From: Escherichia phage JES2013 | Reading direction: 5' to 3' (one strand) | Sequence record: KC690136 | Length of the DNA: 64,000 nt | Shown: in pieces, positions 37,262-46,474 of the stretch | Layout of the letters: each line of letters starts with the position of its first letter | Position numbering within the stretch: position 1 is the stretch's first letter | Made by a program: the position numbers and the translations under genes | The notes under the pieces: generated by a model | The model's input: the letters and a program-made list of their open reading frames with translations, nothing else | Told to the model about the DNA's origin: nothing | Databases searched by the model: none

Positions 37262-38544
37262 TGCATCAAATCAAAACAACACTGTACGCACTGAACAAAG
37301 ATGGCAGCTACCAACAGTGGAAAGTATTCACGGATGGTGATAAGGTTATCGTAGAGTTTGGCAAGCTTGATGGTAAACTGCAATACAAAGAGACGATCTG
37401 CACACCTAAGAACGTAGGTCGTGCCAACGAGACTACAGCTGAGCAACAGGCCGAGCTTGAGGCTATCAGTAAGTGGGAAAAACAAGTCCGTCTGGGGTAT
37501 GTTGAAAACATGGAAGATTGCGAGCAGGGTGTTGACCTTTTACCCATGCTGGTGCATGACTATCTGAAGCGTGGCAAGGCACTTAAATTACCTTGCTGGA
37601 TCTTGCGTAAGTTAGATGGCCTTCGTCTGCTTGTTGTTTTCCAAAATGGTGAGCCTAAATTTATTTCCCGTGGTAATAAGTCCTACCCTATTCAAGGAAA
37701 GCTTTTAGAGCAACTTCGTTCTTTCCATTCTACCACTGGGATTAAACAACTTGATGGGGAACTATACATTCATGGTCTTCCTTTGCAGAAAATAGTGTCT
37801 CTTGCTAAACGGTGGCGCACACAGGAAGAGATTCAGGCCGAGATCGATAAAGACTATGAGGCAGATAAAAAACGCCGTCATGCCGCAATTAAGGCAGGCT
37901 TATCAACATACAAAAACTTCAACAAGGTAGATATTCCTGTCGATGTTGATCCTGTTCGTGATGATTTGCGTTACGGTGGGTACTGTAGCTACGATCTGGA
38001 GTATCACATTTTTGATATTCCTAGCGACAAGGTGTGGTGGGATCCAGAAACAGAGTCTGGACGCTGCAAGGATCTTATGGATGCAGAGGATACCGTTACC
38101 ACTCTGATGCTTGACCATATCAAGGTTGTTGACGCAGAGCTTGCGTACACAGTTGATCATTGCGAAGAATCTGTTGGTATATTCATGTCCGAAGGATATG
38201 AAGGTACCATTATGCGTAACTTCTGTGGTAAATATGAGTACGGTCAGCGAACATCTGAAGCATTGAAATGGAAAAAGTTCAACGACGCAGAGGTGAAAGT
38301 TATTGACGTTGAGAAAGATAAGAATGATGAAGGTGTTCTTATCTGTGTTGACAAGGAAGGTATTGTTGTTAAAATGAAGATGAAAGGTACGCACGAGGAG
38401 CGTAGCTATGACAGAATGCAGGAAATGATCGGCAAGTTTGTCACCTTCAAATATCAAGCAAGGACAGAAGACAACAACTACCAATTCCCTGTCGGTATCT
38501 GCGTCCGAAATGTTAACCCAGACACTTGGGAGGTGCTGGAATAA
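37261..38544 (+). CDS. ATP-dependent DNA ligase
   Basis: Motif I RKLDGLR (KxDGxR), motif III LDGELYIHG, motif IV EGTIMR, motif V LKWKKF, C-terminal OB-like region; extra N-terminal ~80-aa domain. Confidence 0.7.
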   Translation: MHQIKTTLYALNKDGSYQQWKVFTDGDKVIVEFGKLDGKLQYKETICTPKNVGRANETTAEQQAELEAISKWEKQVRLGYVENMEDCEQGVDLLPMLVHDYLKRGKALKLPCWILRKLDGLRLLVVFQNGEPKFISRGNKSYPIQGKLLEQLRSFHSTTGIKQLDGELYIHGLPLQKIVSLAKRWRTQEEIQAEIDKDYEADKKRRHAAIKAGLSTYKNFNKVDIPVDVDPVRDDLRYGGYCSYDLEYHIFDIPSDKVWWDPETESGRCKDLMDAEDTVTTLMLDHIKVVDAELAYTVDHCEESVGIFMSEGYEGTIMRNFCGKYEYGQRTSEALKWKKFNDAEVKVIDVEKDKNDEGVLICVDKEGIVVKMKMKGTHEERSYDRMQEMIGKFVTFKYQARTEDNNYQFPVGICVRNVNPDTWEVLE

Positions 38545-38686
38545 TTTAGGTATGTTTAGTAGCCAATTGAATAAGTGTTTTCAATTTGCACCTACATATG
38601 CCCTGATGTATGAACTGTGCAACCTAGCCACACCACACAGTGGTGCTGATCGGGGCTCGTTATGAGTGAACTGGAGAGTATGAAAA

Positions 38687-39157
38687 ATGAAACTTGATAA
38701 AAATGTTCAACGAAAGGCTTTCTTGGATATGATCGCATATTCGGAAGGCACAGATAATGGTAGACAACCTACCAAGGATCGGGGATACGATGTCATAGTC
38801 GGAGGCAAGCTGTTCAGCGATTACAGCAAGCATCCCGGTGTTTACGTTAAGCTAAATGCTAAACTTACCTCCTCCGCTGCTGGGCGTTACCAGGTTTTGG
38901 AGAAGTTTGCTAAACACTACATGGAACAGTTAGGATTGCCAGATTTTGGCCCTGCCAGTCAGGACAAGATTGCGTTGCAACTGATCCGTGAGTGCAAGGC
39001 TCTCGCCGACATTGACGAAGGGCGTATCCACGAGGCTATCCATAAATGCCGTTCCCGCTGGGCTTCGTTACCTGGTGCTGGATATGGTCAGCATGAACAG
39101 AAGATCGAGAAGTTGATCGAGGTGTTTAAAAAGGCAGGCGGTGTTGTCCTTGATTGA
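38687..39157 (+). CDS. endolysin, lambda R-like lytic transglycosylase
   Basis: Near-colinear similarity to lambda R: QRKAFLDMIAYSEGTDNGRQ...GYDVIVGG...SAAGRYQ...WASLPGAGYGQHEQK. Confidence 0.85.
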   Translation: MKLDKNVQRKAFLDMIAYSEGTDNGRQPTKDRGYDVIVGGKLFSDYSKHPGVYVKLNAKLTSSAAGRYQVLEKFAKHYMEQLGLPDFGPASQDKIALQLIRECKALADIDEGRIHEAIHKCRSRWASLPGAGYGQHEQKIEKLIEVFKKAGGVVLD

Positions 39158-39160
39158 TCA

Positions 39161-39189
39161 TTGACATAACCACACGGACGTGGTATTGT
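39161..39189 (+). promoter_or_regulatory. sigma70-like promoter with dyad element in spacer
   Basis: TTGACA (39161-39166), 17-nt spacer containing CCACACGGACGTGG, TATTGT (39184-39189); 32 nt upstream of 39221 ORF. Confidence 0.4.
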
Positions 39190-39220
39190 TACCTCATAAA
39201 ATGTTTAGGAGGGTTTAACC

Positions 39221-39427
39221 ATGAAAGATTTTCTGTTGGCAATTTTGTTCATGGCCGCATGTCTGGCCTGTGGTGTCGTGTTTGCAGGTGAAACAGCGTA
39301 TCTTGTCGATGTATACCGGGACAATGGTAAACGTATTTGCCTTTATGAGACAAGCCAAGGTGAGCTCTACGAGCTTGTGAAACAAGGTGAGGCAGGTTCC
39401 TGCCCTCGCACCCATTTCTTTGAATGA
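39221..39427 (+). CDS. small secreted/lipoprotein-like protein
   Basis: 68 aa; hydrophobic N-terminus LAILFMAACLACGVVFA with lipobox-like Cys; GGAGGG RBS. Confidence 0.45.
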   Translation: MKDFLLAILFMAACLACGVVFAGETAYLVDVYRDNGKRICLYETSQGELYELVKQGEAGSCPRTHFFE

Positions 39428-39434
39428 GGGAGAA

Positions 39435-39902
39435 CACGTGGAAGACGGACGTTTAATGAAGTCTGAACGCAGGCTTATTGTGCAACTGATCCCAGAAACA
39501 GCTTGGTATAATAACCTCCGAAACGCTGTGAAGAAGGGTGAGTGGGATAAGATCCGCAAGAAGTGCTATAGAGAAGCCAACTACACCTGTGAGGTGTGCG
39601 GCGGTAAAGGCAGCAAACACCCAGTGGAGTGTCATGAACTTTACACTTTCGAAGAGGGAGTGATCCGGCTTGTCGGACTGATAGCGTTGTGCCCAGATTG
39701 TCACACATCGGTGCATCCTGGGTTAGCAAATATCCGTGGAAAGTATGCTCAGGCAGTTAATCAGTTGGCTAAGGTGAATAAGATCACCAAAGGTATGGCA
39801 GAGGCGTATTACCGAGACTGCTTTGCAGAGTGGCGTGAGCTTAGTAAAGTTCCAGAATGGAAGACTGACTTTTCGTGGATAGAGGGTTACCTTGATGGCT
39901 AA
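39435..39902 (+). CDS. HNH endonuclease (free-standing)
   Basis: CEVCGGKGS...HPVECHELY...CPDCHTSVH zinc-finger/His-Me pattern; start at GTG 39435 with AGGGAG RBS (alternative ATG 39456). Confidence 0.6.
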   Translation, partial: HVEDGRLMKSERRLIVQLIPETAWYNNLRNAVKKGEWDKIRKKCYREANYTCEVCGGKGSKHPVECHELYTFEEGVIRLVGLIALCPDCHTSVHPGLANIRGKYAQAVNQLAKVNKITKGMAEAYYRDCFAEWRELSKVPEWKTDFSWIEGYLDG

Positions 39903-40185
39903 GAGACCTGTAAAAGAGAAATTTGATAAGACAGCTTTTGTATTCGATACACCTTTGGACGATATCATCAGAGGTATGCAAGCTTTGTATCGGAAGGCTG
40001 AATCGGAGCAGCTGTCAGAATCAGAGCTTTACTGGTTGGGTTGGTGGGAGCTTAATCTACCTAAAGCTGAAAGATCTGATCTAAAAACCGTTAAAACGTG
40101 TGCCCAAGAAAATGCTGCACTTGGAATTTACCACAAAAGAAAAAGATCAACAAAAAGCTCTCCAAGAAAGACTAAAAAGTCTTGA
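39892..40185 (+). CDS. hypothetical protein with basic C-terminus
   Basis: 97-aa ORF. Confidence 0.4.
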   Translation: MMAKRPVKEKFDKTAFVFDTPLDDIIRGMQALYRKAESEQLSESELYWLGWWELNLPKAERSDLKTVKTCAQENAALGIYHKRKRSTKSSPRKTKKS

Positions 40186-40211
40186 CAAATGAGTCTCTGA
40201 TCTGATATTAT
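40182..40211 (+). promoter_or_regulatory. sigma70-like promoter
   Basis: TTGACA (40182-40187), 18-nt spacer, TATTAT (40206-40211); upstream of 40245 ORF. Confidence 0.45.
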
Positions 40212-40244
40212 CAGTTAACTATTTATTAACTAGGAGAACTAGGT

Positions 40245-40553
40245 ATGCTTAAAATTTTCATTGTTGAAGATAAAGATATCGTCCAGTTGTATGCAAATGA
40301 GAATCACAAAGGTATGATTCTGAAGAAGGCAAAAAACCTTCATGAAAACACAATTCAACCGGGCGATGTAATTAAGATCTGTGGTTATATGATACCAGAC
40401 TCCTTGATGAAAATAACCTACCACTGGGGGTCTAATCCGTTCCTTTTTGAAAAGTATTGGGATGTTGAGTCACTTATTGCAGAGAGTGATGATGCATTCC
40501 ATTACAGCATCCAACCATCTTGCAGAATAACTAACAGGAGGGTCTTTGAGTAG
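40245..40553 (+). CDS. hypothetical protein
   Basis: 102-aa ORF with AGGAGAA RBS. Confidence 0.45.
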   Translation: MLKIFIVEDKDIVQLYANENHKGMILKKAKNLHENTIQPGDVIKICGYMIPDSLMKITYHWGSNPFLFEKYWDVESLIAESDDAFHYSIQPSCRITNRRVFE

Positions 40554-41685
40554 AGAATATCCACTTATTGAGTCCATAGATTGTCTGGCTGATCTTCTTG
40601 AACCTGACGCTATAGTTTATTATGACTTCGATCAGGTTGCATATCAAGCTGCAGCAAGTTGTGAAAAAAGGACAATTGAGGTAACACACAAAGCCTCCGG
40701 ACGTAAGAAGATGTTTAAAACACGAACAGAGTTCTGGGGGCGGCAGAAGAACACCGTTGGTGGTTGGTTAAAAGCTGAGAATACCAACCGTGAAGCTGCA
40801 TGTAAAAAGGCTGGCAAGGAGTTTATTCCGTGGACACGGGAAGATTTCGATGTCTTGGATATCCAAACCCCTGATCCTGTAGAGAACTGCTTGCACACAA
40901 TTAAGTGTAAAGCTAATGCAGTCCTTAATTATCTCGGTATTCCGGAAGATCGGTGCGTGGGGGTACTTGGAGGCACAGGTAATTTCAGACTAGATCTTCC
41001 CATGCCGGAAAGATATAAAGCCAACCGTAACAATACTCTTCGACCACTGCTGCTTGGAGATGCAAGACAGTATCTCCAAAAGCAGTATAATGCTCAAGTG
41101 ATCAACGGTATCGAGGCTGATGACTGGTTAGCTATCCAGCAATTTGAAGGTTGGAACCACTACCAAAAAACAGGTAAGTTCAACAAGTTTATTATCTCTA
41201 TTGATAAGGACCAAAGAACACTACCGGGGCTTGTGTTCGATCCCATGCGAAACGATAAGGGAGATTTTGTAAGGGAAACCCCTATGCTGATCGATAACGG
41301 TATGGGTAACATCTTCATGAAGCCTAATGGAGAGGTTGGTGGTTACGGAATGCTGTTCTTCGGATACCAAATGCTGTGTGGTGACTCTGCTGACAACATC
41401 AAGCCGTATCAAGGACTTATCGGTAAGGGTAAGTTCGGGGATGCCTCAGCATTCTACCTGCTGTCTCAGTGCAGCACTCCAAAGGAGATGTGGGTGGCTA
41501 TTATTGATCAGTACAAGAAGTGGTTCCCGAAAGGTGTTGTTAAGTATACTGATTTCAATGGTATTGATCGTAGAATTTCCGTAGGTCAGTGGATGAGTAT
41601 AATTTTTGACTGTTTGTATATGAAGCGAACATTCAATGATCAAACAAAACTTGTTAACGTTCTTAGAAATGTTGGAGCAATTTGA
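40546..41685 (+). CDS. 5'-3' exonuclease / flap endonuclease (FEN family)
   Basis: Motifs GIEADDWLA and GDSADNI typical of T5 D15/Pol I 5'-nuclease family; TTG start after AGGAGGG RBS. Confidence 0.65.
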   Translation: MSREYPLIESIDCLADLLEPDAIVYYDFDQVAYQAAASCEKRTIEVTHKASGRKKMFKTRTEFWGRQKNTVGGWLKAENTNREAACKKAGKEFIPWTREDFDVLDIQTPDPVENCLHTIKCKANAVLNYLGIPEDRCVGVLGGTGNFRLDLPMPERYKANRNNTLRPLLLGDARQYLQKQYNAQVINGIEADDWLAIQQFEGWNHYQKTGKFNKFIISIDKDQRTLPGLVFDPMRNDKGDFVRETPMLIDNGMGNIFMKPNGEVGGYGMLFFGYQMLCGDSADNIKPYQGLIGKGKFGDASAFYLLSQCSTPKEMWVAIIDQYKKWFPKGVVKYTDFNGIDRRISVGQWMSIIFDCLYMKRTFNDQTKLVNVLRNVGAI

Positions 41686-42017
41686 TGACTAAAAACTCTG
41701 TAGATAGTGCAATTATGGAAGCTGTTTTTGAGGATGATCATACAACAGGGGCCCTTAAAACAAAAAATACATTCGTTGTTGCCACAGGTATGTGGCGGTT
41801 GTATGAAGATGACACCATTTCATACATCCTGTACACAGATGATTACGCAGATGACCGTGTATGGTCTGCTGTTTTAAAAGAGGATTGTGAGTTGATTGAG
41901 GGCGAGCGGTTATGCATGTTCACCAGTGTGGAAACAGATGTTAAGCTTTGCTCTCTCGTCTTGTTCAAAGATAAGGCTTATGCTCCTGATGAAGGAGAGG
42001 AGGATGAGGAAGCATGA
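41682..42017 (+). CDS. hypothetical acidic protein
   Basis: 111-aa ORF, C-terminal EEDEEA. Confidence 0.4.
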   Translation: MMTKNSVDSAIMEAVFEDDHTTGALKTKNTFVVATGMWRLYEDDTISYILYTDDYADDRVWSAVLKEDCELIEGERLCMFTSVETDVKLCSLVLFKDKAYAPDEGEEDEEA

Positions 42018-42643
42018 GAGAGCGTCTATTATCCATAGACCAGTCGTTGACACACACAGCTTGCGTTGTATGGGACGATGGAAAGCCTGTTCACAAGGTT
42101 GTGTTACGAACTCAAAGCTCATCTGCAAAAGAGAAGAAACCAGGGACGGTTTCTTTTGCAACAGCTGCTGAGCGTATTGACTGGATCTGCAAACAGGTCA
42201 GATATTATATCCACACGCACGGCGTTGACACCGTGGTTATGGAAGGGCTTTCCTTTGGATCACGCGGGGATGCCACACGTGAACTGGCTGGGTTGTTTTA
42301 CGGTCTTGAAGTTATGCTTTGGGATGCTTTGGCTGATTGTGAAAATGACGGCCTGTTTAAGGTCCACACAGTGACACCAACAACTGCCAAAAAGTTTGCT
42401 CGTAGTCATCTTCCTGAGGAACTTGCTTTTGAGGAGAAGAAAAAGCTTGACAAAAAGACAGGTAAAGAGCATACTGTGAAGAAACCTGTTACGATGGATA
42501 AAAAGTTGATGGTTAAGGCCTGCGAAGTATCTGAACCTGGGTTCCTAGACGGGATCAATTTGGTACAAGGTAAGGCCGATCTCGCAGATGCTTATTGGAT
42601 AGGCAGGGCGCATCTGGAGGGATTATCGCAAAGCGTAAAATAA
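42014..42643 (+). CDS. RuvC-like Holliday junction resolvase
   Basis: N-terminal LSIDQSLTHTACVVW (catalytic Asp) and C-terminal ADLADAYWIGRAHL resemble RuvC-fold resolvases. Confidence 0.55.
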   Translation: MRERLLSIDQSLTHTACVVWDDGKPVHKVVLRTQSSSAKEKKPGTVSFATAAERIDWICKQVRYYIHTHGVDTVVMEGLSFGSRGDATRELAGLFYGLEVMLWDALADCENDGLFKVHTVTPTTAKKFARSHLPEELAFEEKKKLDKKTGKEHTVKKPVTMDKKLMVKACEVSEPGFLDGINLVQGKADLADAYWIGRAHLEGLSQSVK

Positions 42644-43200
42644 GAAAGAAAGCTGTCAAAGCACCCGTTCATAACGGGTGGCTAAAAGATTCTAAGGACA
42701 TAGCCAACTTTCGAAAAGAATTGTCAGAGGAGCAGGATGGTCTTGATCCGATCTTGTGCGAGCCACTTCGTAAGCCTTGTTTAGATCATGATCATCTGAC
42801 TGGTCGTTGCAGGGGTGTTTTGTCTCAGTGCACTAATACCTTTGAGGGGTATGTGCTTAAATACTGGATGAAATACTGTAACGAGTATACAGATTGCAGT
42901 TTATCAGAGGCGTTGCGCCGGATGGCTGACTATTTGGAGAAAGACTACAGCGACTTCCCGCTCCACAAAAACTACAGAGATGATATGACAAAGTTCTTGA
43001 GGAGATGCTCTAAAGCTACGATCATTGCACGAGCAGAATCAGATCTCAATCTTGTCATTAATCCAGAGTGCACCAAGCATGAGGCTATTGAGCTCTACAT
43101 GCAGGAGTTTATAAAGAAAACTGAGGAGAGAGATTTCTATGGGGATGAAAAAGGTATTCAATCCTTGCGACTCAGTCCTGATCAGGATGAAATACCGTAA
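42595..43200 (+). CDS. Endonuclease VII-family protein (T4 gp49-like)
   Basis: Motif CLDHDHLTGRCRGVLSQCTNTFEG matching the Endo VII H-N-H core; overlaps RuvC-like gene 3' end, so true start may be internal. Confidence 0.55.
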   Translation: MDRQGASGGIIAKRKIRKKAVKAPVHNGWLKDSKDIANFRKELSEEQDGLDPILCEPLRKPCLDHDHLTGRCRGVLSQCTNTFEGYVLKYWMKYCNEYTDCSLSEALRRMADYLEKDYSDFPLHKNYRDDMTKFLRRCSKATIIARAESDLNLVINPECTKHEAIELYMQEFIKKTEERDFYGDEKGIQSLRLSPDQDEIP

Positions 43201-43360
43201 CTGGAAAGGTGTTGTTGCAGATCGCTGCGTTACTGAGCCCAATTTATGGTTTGGCTCTACAGAGTATCATAAAGAAGAGCAGTGGTTGATGCGTGCCTTC
43301 GATGTAGACAAGGGCGAATATCGTGACTTCGCTTTAAAAGACATTCTTCAGTTTTACTAA
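43139..43360 (+). CDS. hypothetical small protein
   Basis: 73-aa ORF overlapping the upstream gene; true start may be internal Met at 43187. Confidence 0.3.
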   Translation: MGMKKVFNPCDSVLIRMKYRNWKGVVADRCVTEPNLWFGSTEYHKEEQWLMRAFDVDKGEYRDFALKDILQFY

Positions 43361-43372
43361 GGAATCTTAACG

Positions 43373-44356
43373 ATGATGACAAAGTTAACTCTTGAGCAAA
43401 TTTTAACACTAAAGCAACAAGGATACACTAATAGACAAATTGCTCGTGAATTTTTAGGCCGTGAGTCACGTGAGAGCTGGATCCGACTACAGCTTAAACG
43501 TGCACAAGAGAATATGTCAGAGATTGTAGGAGAAGCAACGGAGCGCTTCCTTGAAGAGCACAAAGGTGCTAAAGTTTGGGTGTATGATACAGAGACATCC
43601 CCAACAAACGGCTGGTTCTTTGGGCACTATAAGACCAACATTCAAACCTGTGGTATTGAAGTTATGCCCTATATGCTAACTTTCGCAGGTAAGTGGTTAG
43701 ACAGCCCTAGTGTGGTTGACTGCGCTCTTCCAGATTACAAAATGTGGGATGAGGATATTCACAATGATCTCGAATTGATTCAGGATTTGTGGTATTATCT
43801 GGATAAATGCGATGTCGCAGTAGCCCACAATTCAGGTTTTGACTGCGGGTGGGCCAACCAACGATTTGCATTTCACGGGTTGCCTCCAACAAGCCCCTAC
43901 AAAGATGTTGACACCCTTAAAATGATCAAAAAGGCATTCCGTTTGAATGCAAACACTTTGGAGTATGCATGCAAATACTTCCAACTGGCCCGACAGAAAC
44001 TTATTGATCACACATTTGAAATGTGGATCAAGTGTGTCCATGGTGATCTTGAGGCATTTAAACAGATGCGGGAGTATAATGTTGGTGATATCCTGTCTCT
44101 GGAAGGACTGTATTTGCTGGCTCGCCCGTTTGCTAAGCAGCACCCAAACATGTCATTGTACTACCAGGACGAGGAGCCAAAGGTTCGTTGCCCACGCTGT
44201 GGTGGAGAACACCTTCACGAGGAAGAAGCTTTGGCATATACTCAGCTGAGTGCATTTAAAACATACCGCTGTGAAGGTTGTGGATCTGTTGTTCGTGATC
44301 GTAACAACATCCGTACCCGAGAAGAGATGAAAAACACCCTGATTCAGATAATCTAA
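43373..44356 (+). CDS. DEDD-family 3'-5' exonuclease with N-terminal HTH and C-terminal zinc ribbon
   Basis: Exo motifs VYDTETSP, HNSGFD, YNVGD; HTH-like LTLKQQGYTNRQIAREF; CPRCGG...CEGCGS. Confidence 0.55.
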   Translation: MMTKLTLEQILTLKQQGYTNRQIAREFLGRESRESWIRLQLKRAQENMSEIVGEATERFLEEHKGAKVWVYDTETSPTNGWFFGHYKTNIQTCGIEVMPYMLTFAGKWLDSPSVVDCALPDYKMWDEDIHNDLELIQDLWYYLDKCDVAVAHNSGFDCGWANQRFAFHGLPPTSPYKDVDTLKMIKKAFRLNANTLEYACKYFQLARQKLIDHTFEMWIKCVHGDLEAFKQMREYNVGDILSLEGLYLLARPFAKQHPNMSLYYQDEEPKVRCPRCGGEHLHEEEALAYTQLSAFKTYRCEGCGSVVRDRNNIRTREEMKNTLIQII

Positions 44357-44364
44357 CAAGTATA

Positions 44365-44392
44365 GGGAGGCGCAAGCCTCCCTTTTCCTTTT
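44365..44392 (+). terminator. rho-independent terminator
   Basis: Hairpin GGGAGGC GCAA GCCTCCC followed by TTTTCCTTTT. Confidence 0.65.
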
Positions 44393-44401
44393 GGAGGCAC
44401 T

Positions 44402-45220
44402 TTGAGTAAGAAAGAGTCCAACGACAAATATTACACAAACCCTGAGTATGCAGAATATCTTGTTGGTAAAGTAAAAGATAAGTATGGGAATTGTGCATAC
44501 GTTGAGCCTTCTGCTGGAAGAGGTTCTTTTTCAAAACTATTTTCAGAGATACTGTCGTACGATTTAGTACCAGATCCTGAATTTGAAGGACCAACACCGT
44601 GCATTCAGGCAAACTTCTTGGAGGTGCACCCCAAGGCAGATGTCTTCATAGGTAACCCACCGTTTGGTAAGAATTCATCTTTAGCTTGCAAATTCTTTAA
44701 CCATTGTGCATCATTGCTAGAGCTTGGCGGGGCTATAGCCTTCATCTTGCCACGGACATTTGAAAAAATATTTTTTTCAAACAAACTGGACATGTCTATG
44801 CACCTTGTCTACAGCGAAAGGTGCCCTAAGAACTCGTTTTTACTTAATGGCAAACCTTATGACGTGCCATGTGTTTTCCAAATTTGGGAGAAAAAGGCGT
44901 GCAATAGGGATCCTGTAGATATTGGAGAGAATAAGTTATTTTCTTTTAGCACACCGGATGACTACGACTTCTGTGTAAGACGTGTTGGGTATAACGCTGG
45001 AAAAGTATTGGGTGATGATGATCCAAAATCTGAAGAATCTACATATTTCATAAAATCTTTAGTTGACGGTGTTGACAGAGTGTTTGCTGAATGCTATTCT
45101 TCTTTTCAAGAAGAAGCAGGTAAGACTGCTGGAATGAAGAGTATAGGCAAGAAAGAACTACAATACATTTTGGAGACCCGGTATGATCAAAAGCATAGAC
45201 TTGACCAAAGAACTTACTGA
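44402..45220 (+). CDS. DNA N6-adenine methyltransferase (orphan)
   Basis: Motif I-like VEPSAGRGSF and motif IV NPPF; TTG start after GGAGG RBS; no obvious restriction partner. Confidence 0.6.
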   Translation: MSKKESNDKYYTNPEYAEYLVGKVKDKYGNCAYVEPSAGRGSFSKLFSEILSYDLVPDPEFEGPTPCIQANFLEVHPKADVFIGNPPFGKNSSLACKFFNHCASLLELGGAIAFILPRTFEKIFFSNKLDMSMHLVYSERCPKNSFLLNGKPYDVPCVFQIWEKKACNRDPVDIGENKLFSFSTPDDYDFCVRRVGYNAGKVLGDDDPKSEESTYFIKSLVDGVDRVFAECYSSFQEEAGKTAGMKSIGKKELQYILETRYDQKHRLDQRTY

Positions 45221-45641
45221 TGCAAAAGCTTTTGGTGAGACAGCGGTACAAAGAGGCCAGGCTATGGGACTGGCACTACCTTTCGTCTTAAAAGAGCACT
45301 TTACAGATTTTCAACTTATCAAGGGTGATAAGGGAATTCTTATCCTGGAGCATAAGTTGAGTAAGAAACGCTATAAAGTTGTTTTTAATTCTAAAGCTCC
45401 AACAAAACTGGGATTCAGAACTTACAATCTTAACCCATCCTACACTAAGGGTGTAGGAAGAGTAGAACAACAGCATTTCAGTGCTAGAGCTTCTTTAGCT
45501 CCCTTGATGCTAAATTTTTCAGGGGTGGCTTTAGGATACCTTGACAAGAAAAGAGTTCTTCATGTCCGTTTCACAGACTTTGTAACGCTTTTAGCTAACA
45601 ATGAGGTAGATGAAAAGGGACGTGTAAAAACAAACTTCTAA
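45183..45641 (+). CDS. hypothetical protein
   Basis: 152-aa ORF overlapping methyltransferase 3' end. Confidence 0.4.
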   Translation: MIKSIDLTKELTDAKAFGETAVQRGQAMGLALPFVLKEHFTDFQLIKGDKGILILEHKLSKKRYKVVFNSKAPTKLGFRTYNLNPSYTKGVGRVEQQHFSARASLAPLMLNFSGVALGYLDKKRVLHVRFTDFVTLLANNEVDEKGRVKTNF

Positions 45642-45656
45642 TAACGCATAGTATGA

Positions 45657-45860
45657 TTGGAGACCGCAATGACACTAAAGTTAACAGTTCCAGACAGCTT
45701 TTCAGAAAACTTTATCCCAGAAATGATGGATAAGATGCGATCATTGCTTGATCAGATTGAAGAGGCTGTTTGGGAAGACGATGCTGTAGTGGCTAACGAG
45801 CTGGTAGATAAGTGTAAAAGTATTATTGATGCAGTTGAAGAATACCACGGAGGTTTTTGA
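45657..45860 (+). CDS. hypothetical small acidic protein
   Basis: 67-aa ORF. Confidence 0.4.
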   Translation: METAMTLKLTVPDSFSENFIPEMMDKMRSLLDQIEEAVWEDDAVVANELVDKCKSIIDAVEEYHGGF

Positions 45861-46474
45861 TGGATATTATTGTTCTTAACGCCCCACCTAGTAGTGGTAA
45901 GGATCACATTGCAGATCTCTTGTTGGAAGCTATTCCTAACTCACACCATCGTGAGGTTAAGGAGATGCTCTTCAGCGTGGCAATTAAGGCAGCTGGTGTA
46001 ACTCCTCAACTCTGGAATGCACTTTATGACCGCCACTACAAAGAAGAGCCTTGCCCTTTCTTAATGATAGACGGTAAGCATGTTTCTCCGCGAGAGTGGA
46101 TGATCCATTGTAGTGAAAATCTGATTAAACCTATCTTTGGTGAAGATGCTTTCGGTAAGGCCGCAGTCACATCCTTGAAGAAAGATTTCCCTAAAGGTAA
46201 AGGGGTTGTTGTTTACTCCGATGGTGGATTCAAAGAGGAGCTGGCATGCCTTAGTGAGTACGCATACAGCACAGGTGGAGATCTGTTGTTGTTCCGTATT
46301 CACCGTGTTGGATATGACTGGGGAAATGATTCCAGAACCTATCTAAGTCTGGAAAAGAACGGAATAAAAGGGATTGAGTTCGATGTTGTAAATCCTGAAG
46401 GTGCACCTTGGGAATGTGCATCGGAGATTGTGTGCAAGTATATTGATGCTAAAGAGGCCCAAGAAGAATGTTAA
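45860..46474 (+). CDS. putative P-loop nucleotide kinase (dNMP kinase-like)
   Basis: N-terminal VLNAPPSSGKDHIA resembles T4 gp1 dNMP kinase P-loop; start taken at ATG 45860 overlapping upstream stop. Confidence 0.35.
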   Translation: MDIIVLNAPPSSGKDHIADLLLEAIPNSHHREVKEMLFSVAIKAAGVTPQLWNALYDRHYKEEPCPFLMIDGKHVSPREWMIHCSENLIKPIFGEDAFGKAAVTSLKKDFPKGKGVVVYSDGGFKEELACLSEYAYSTGGDLLLFRIHRVGYDWGNDSRTYLSLEKNGIKGIEFDVVNPEGAPWECASEIVCKYIDAKEAQEEC

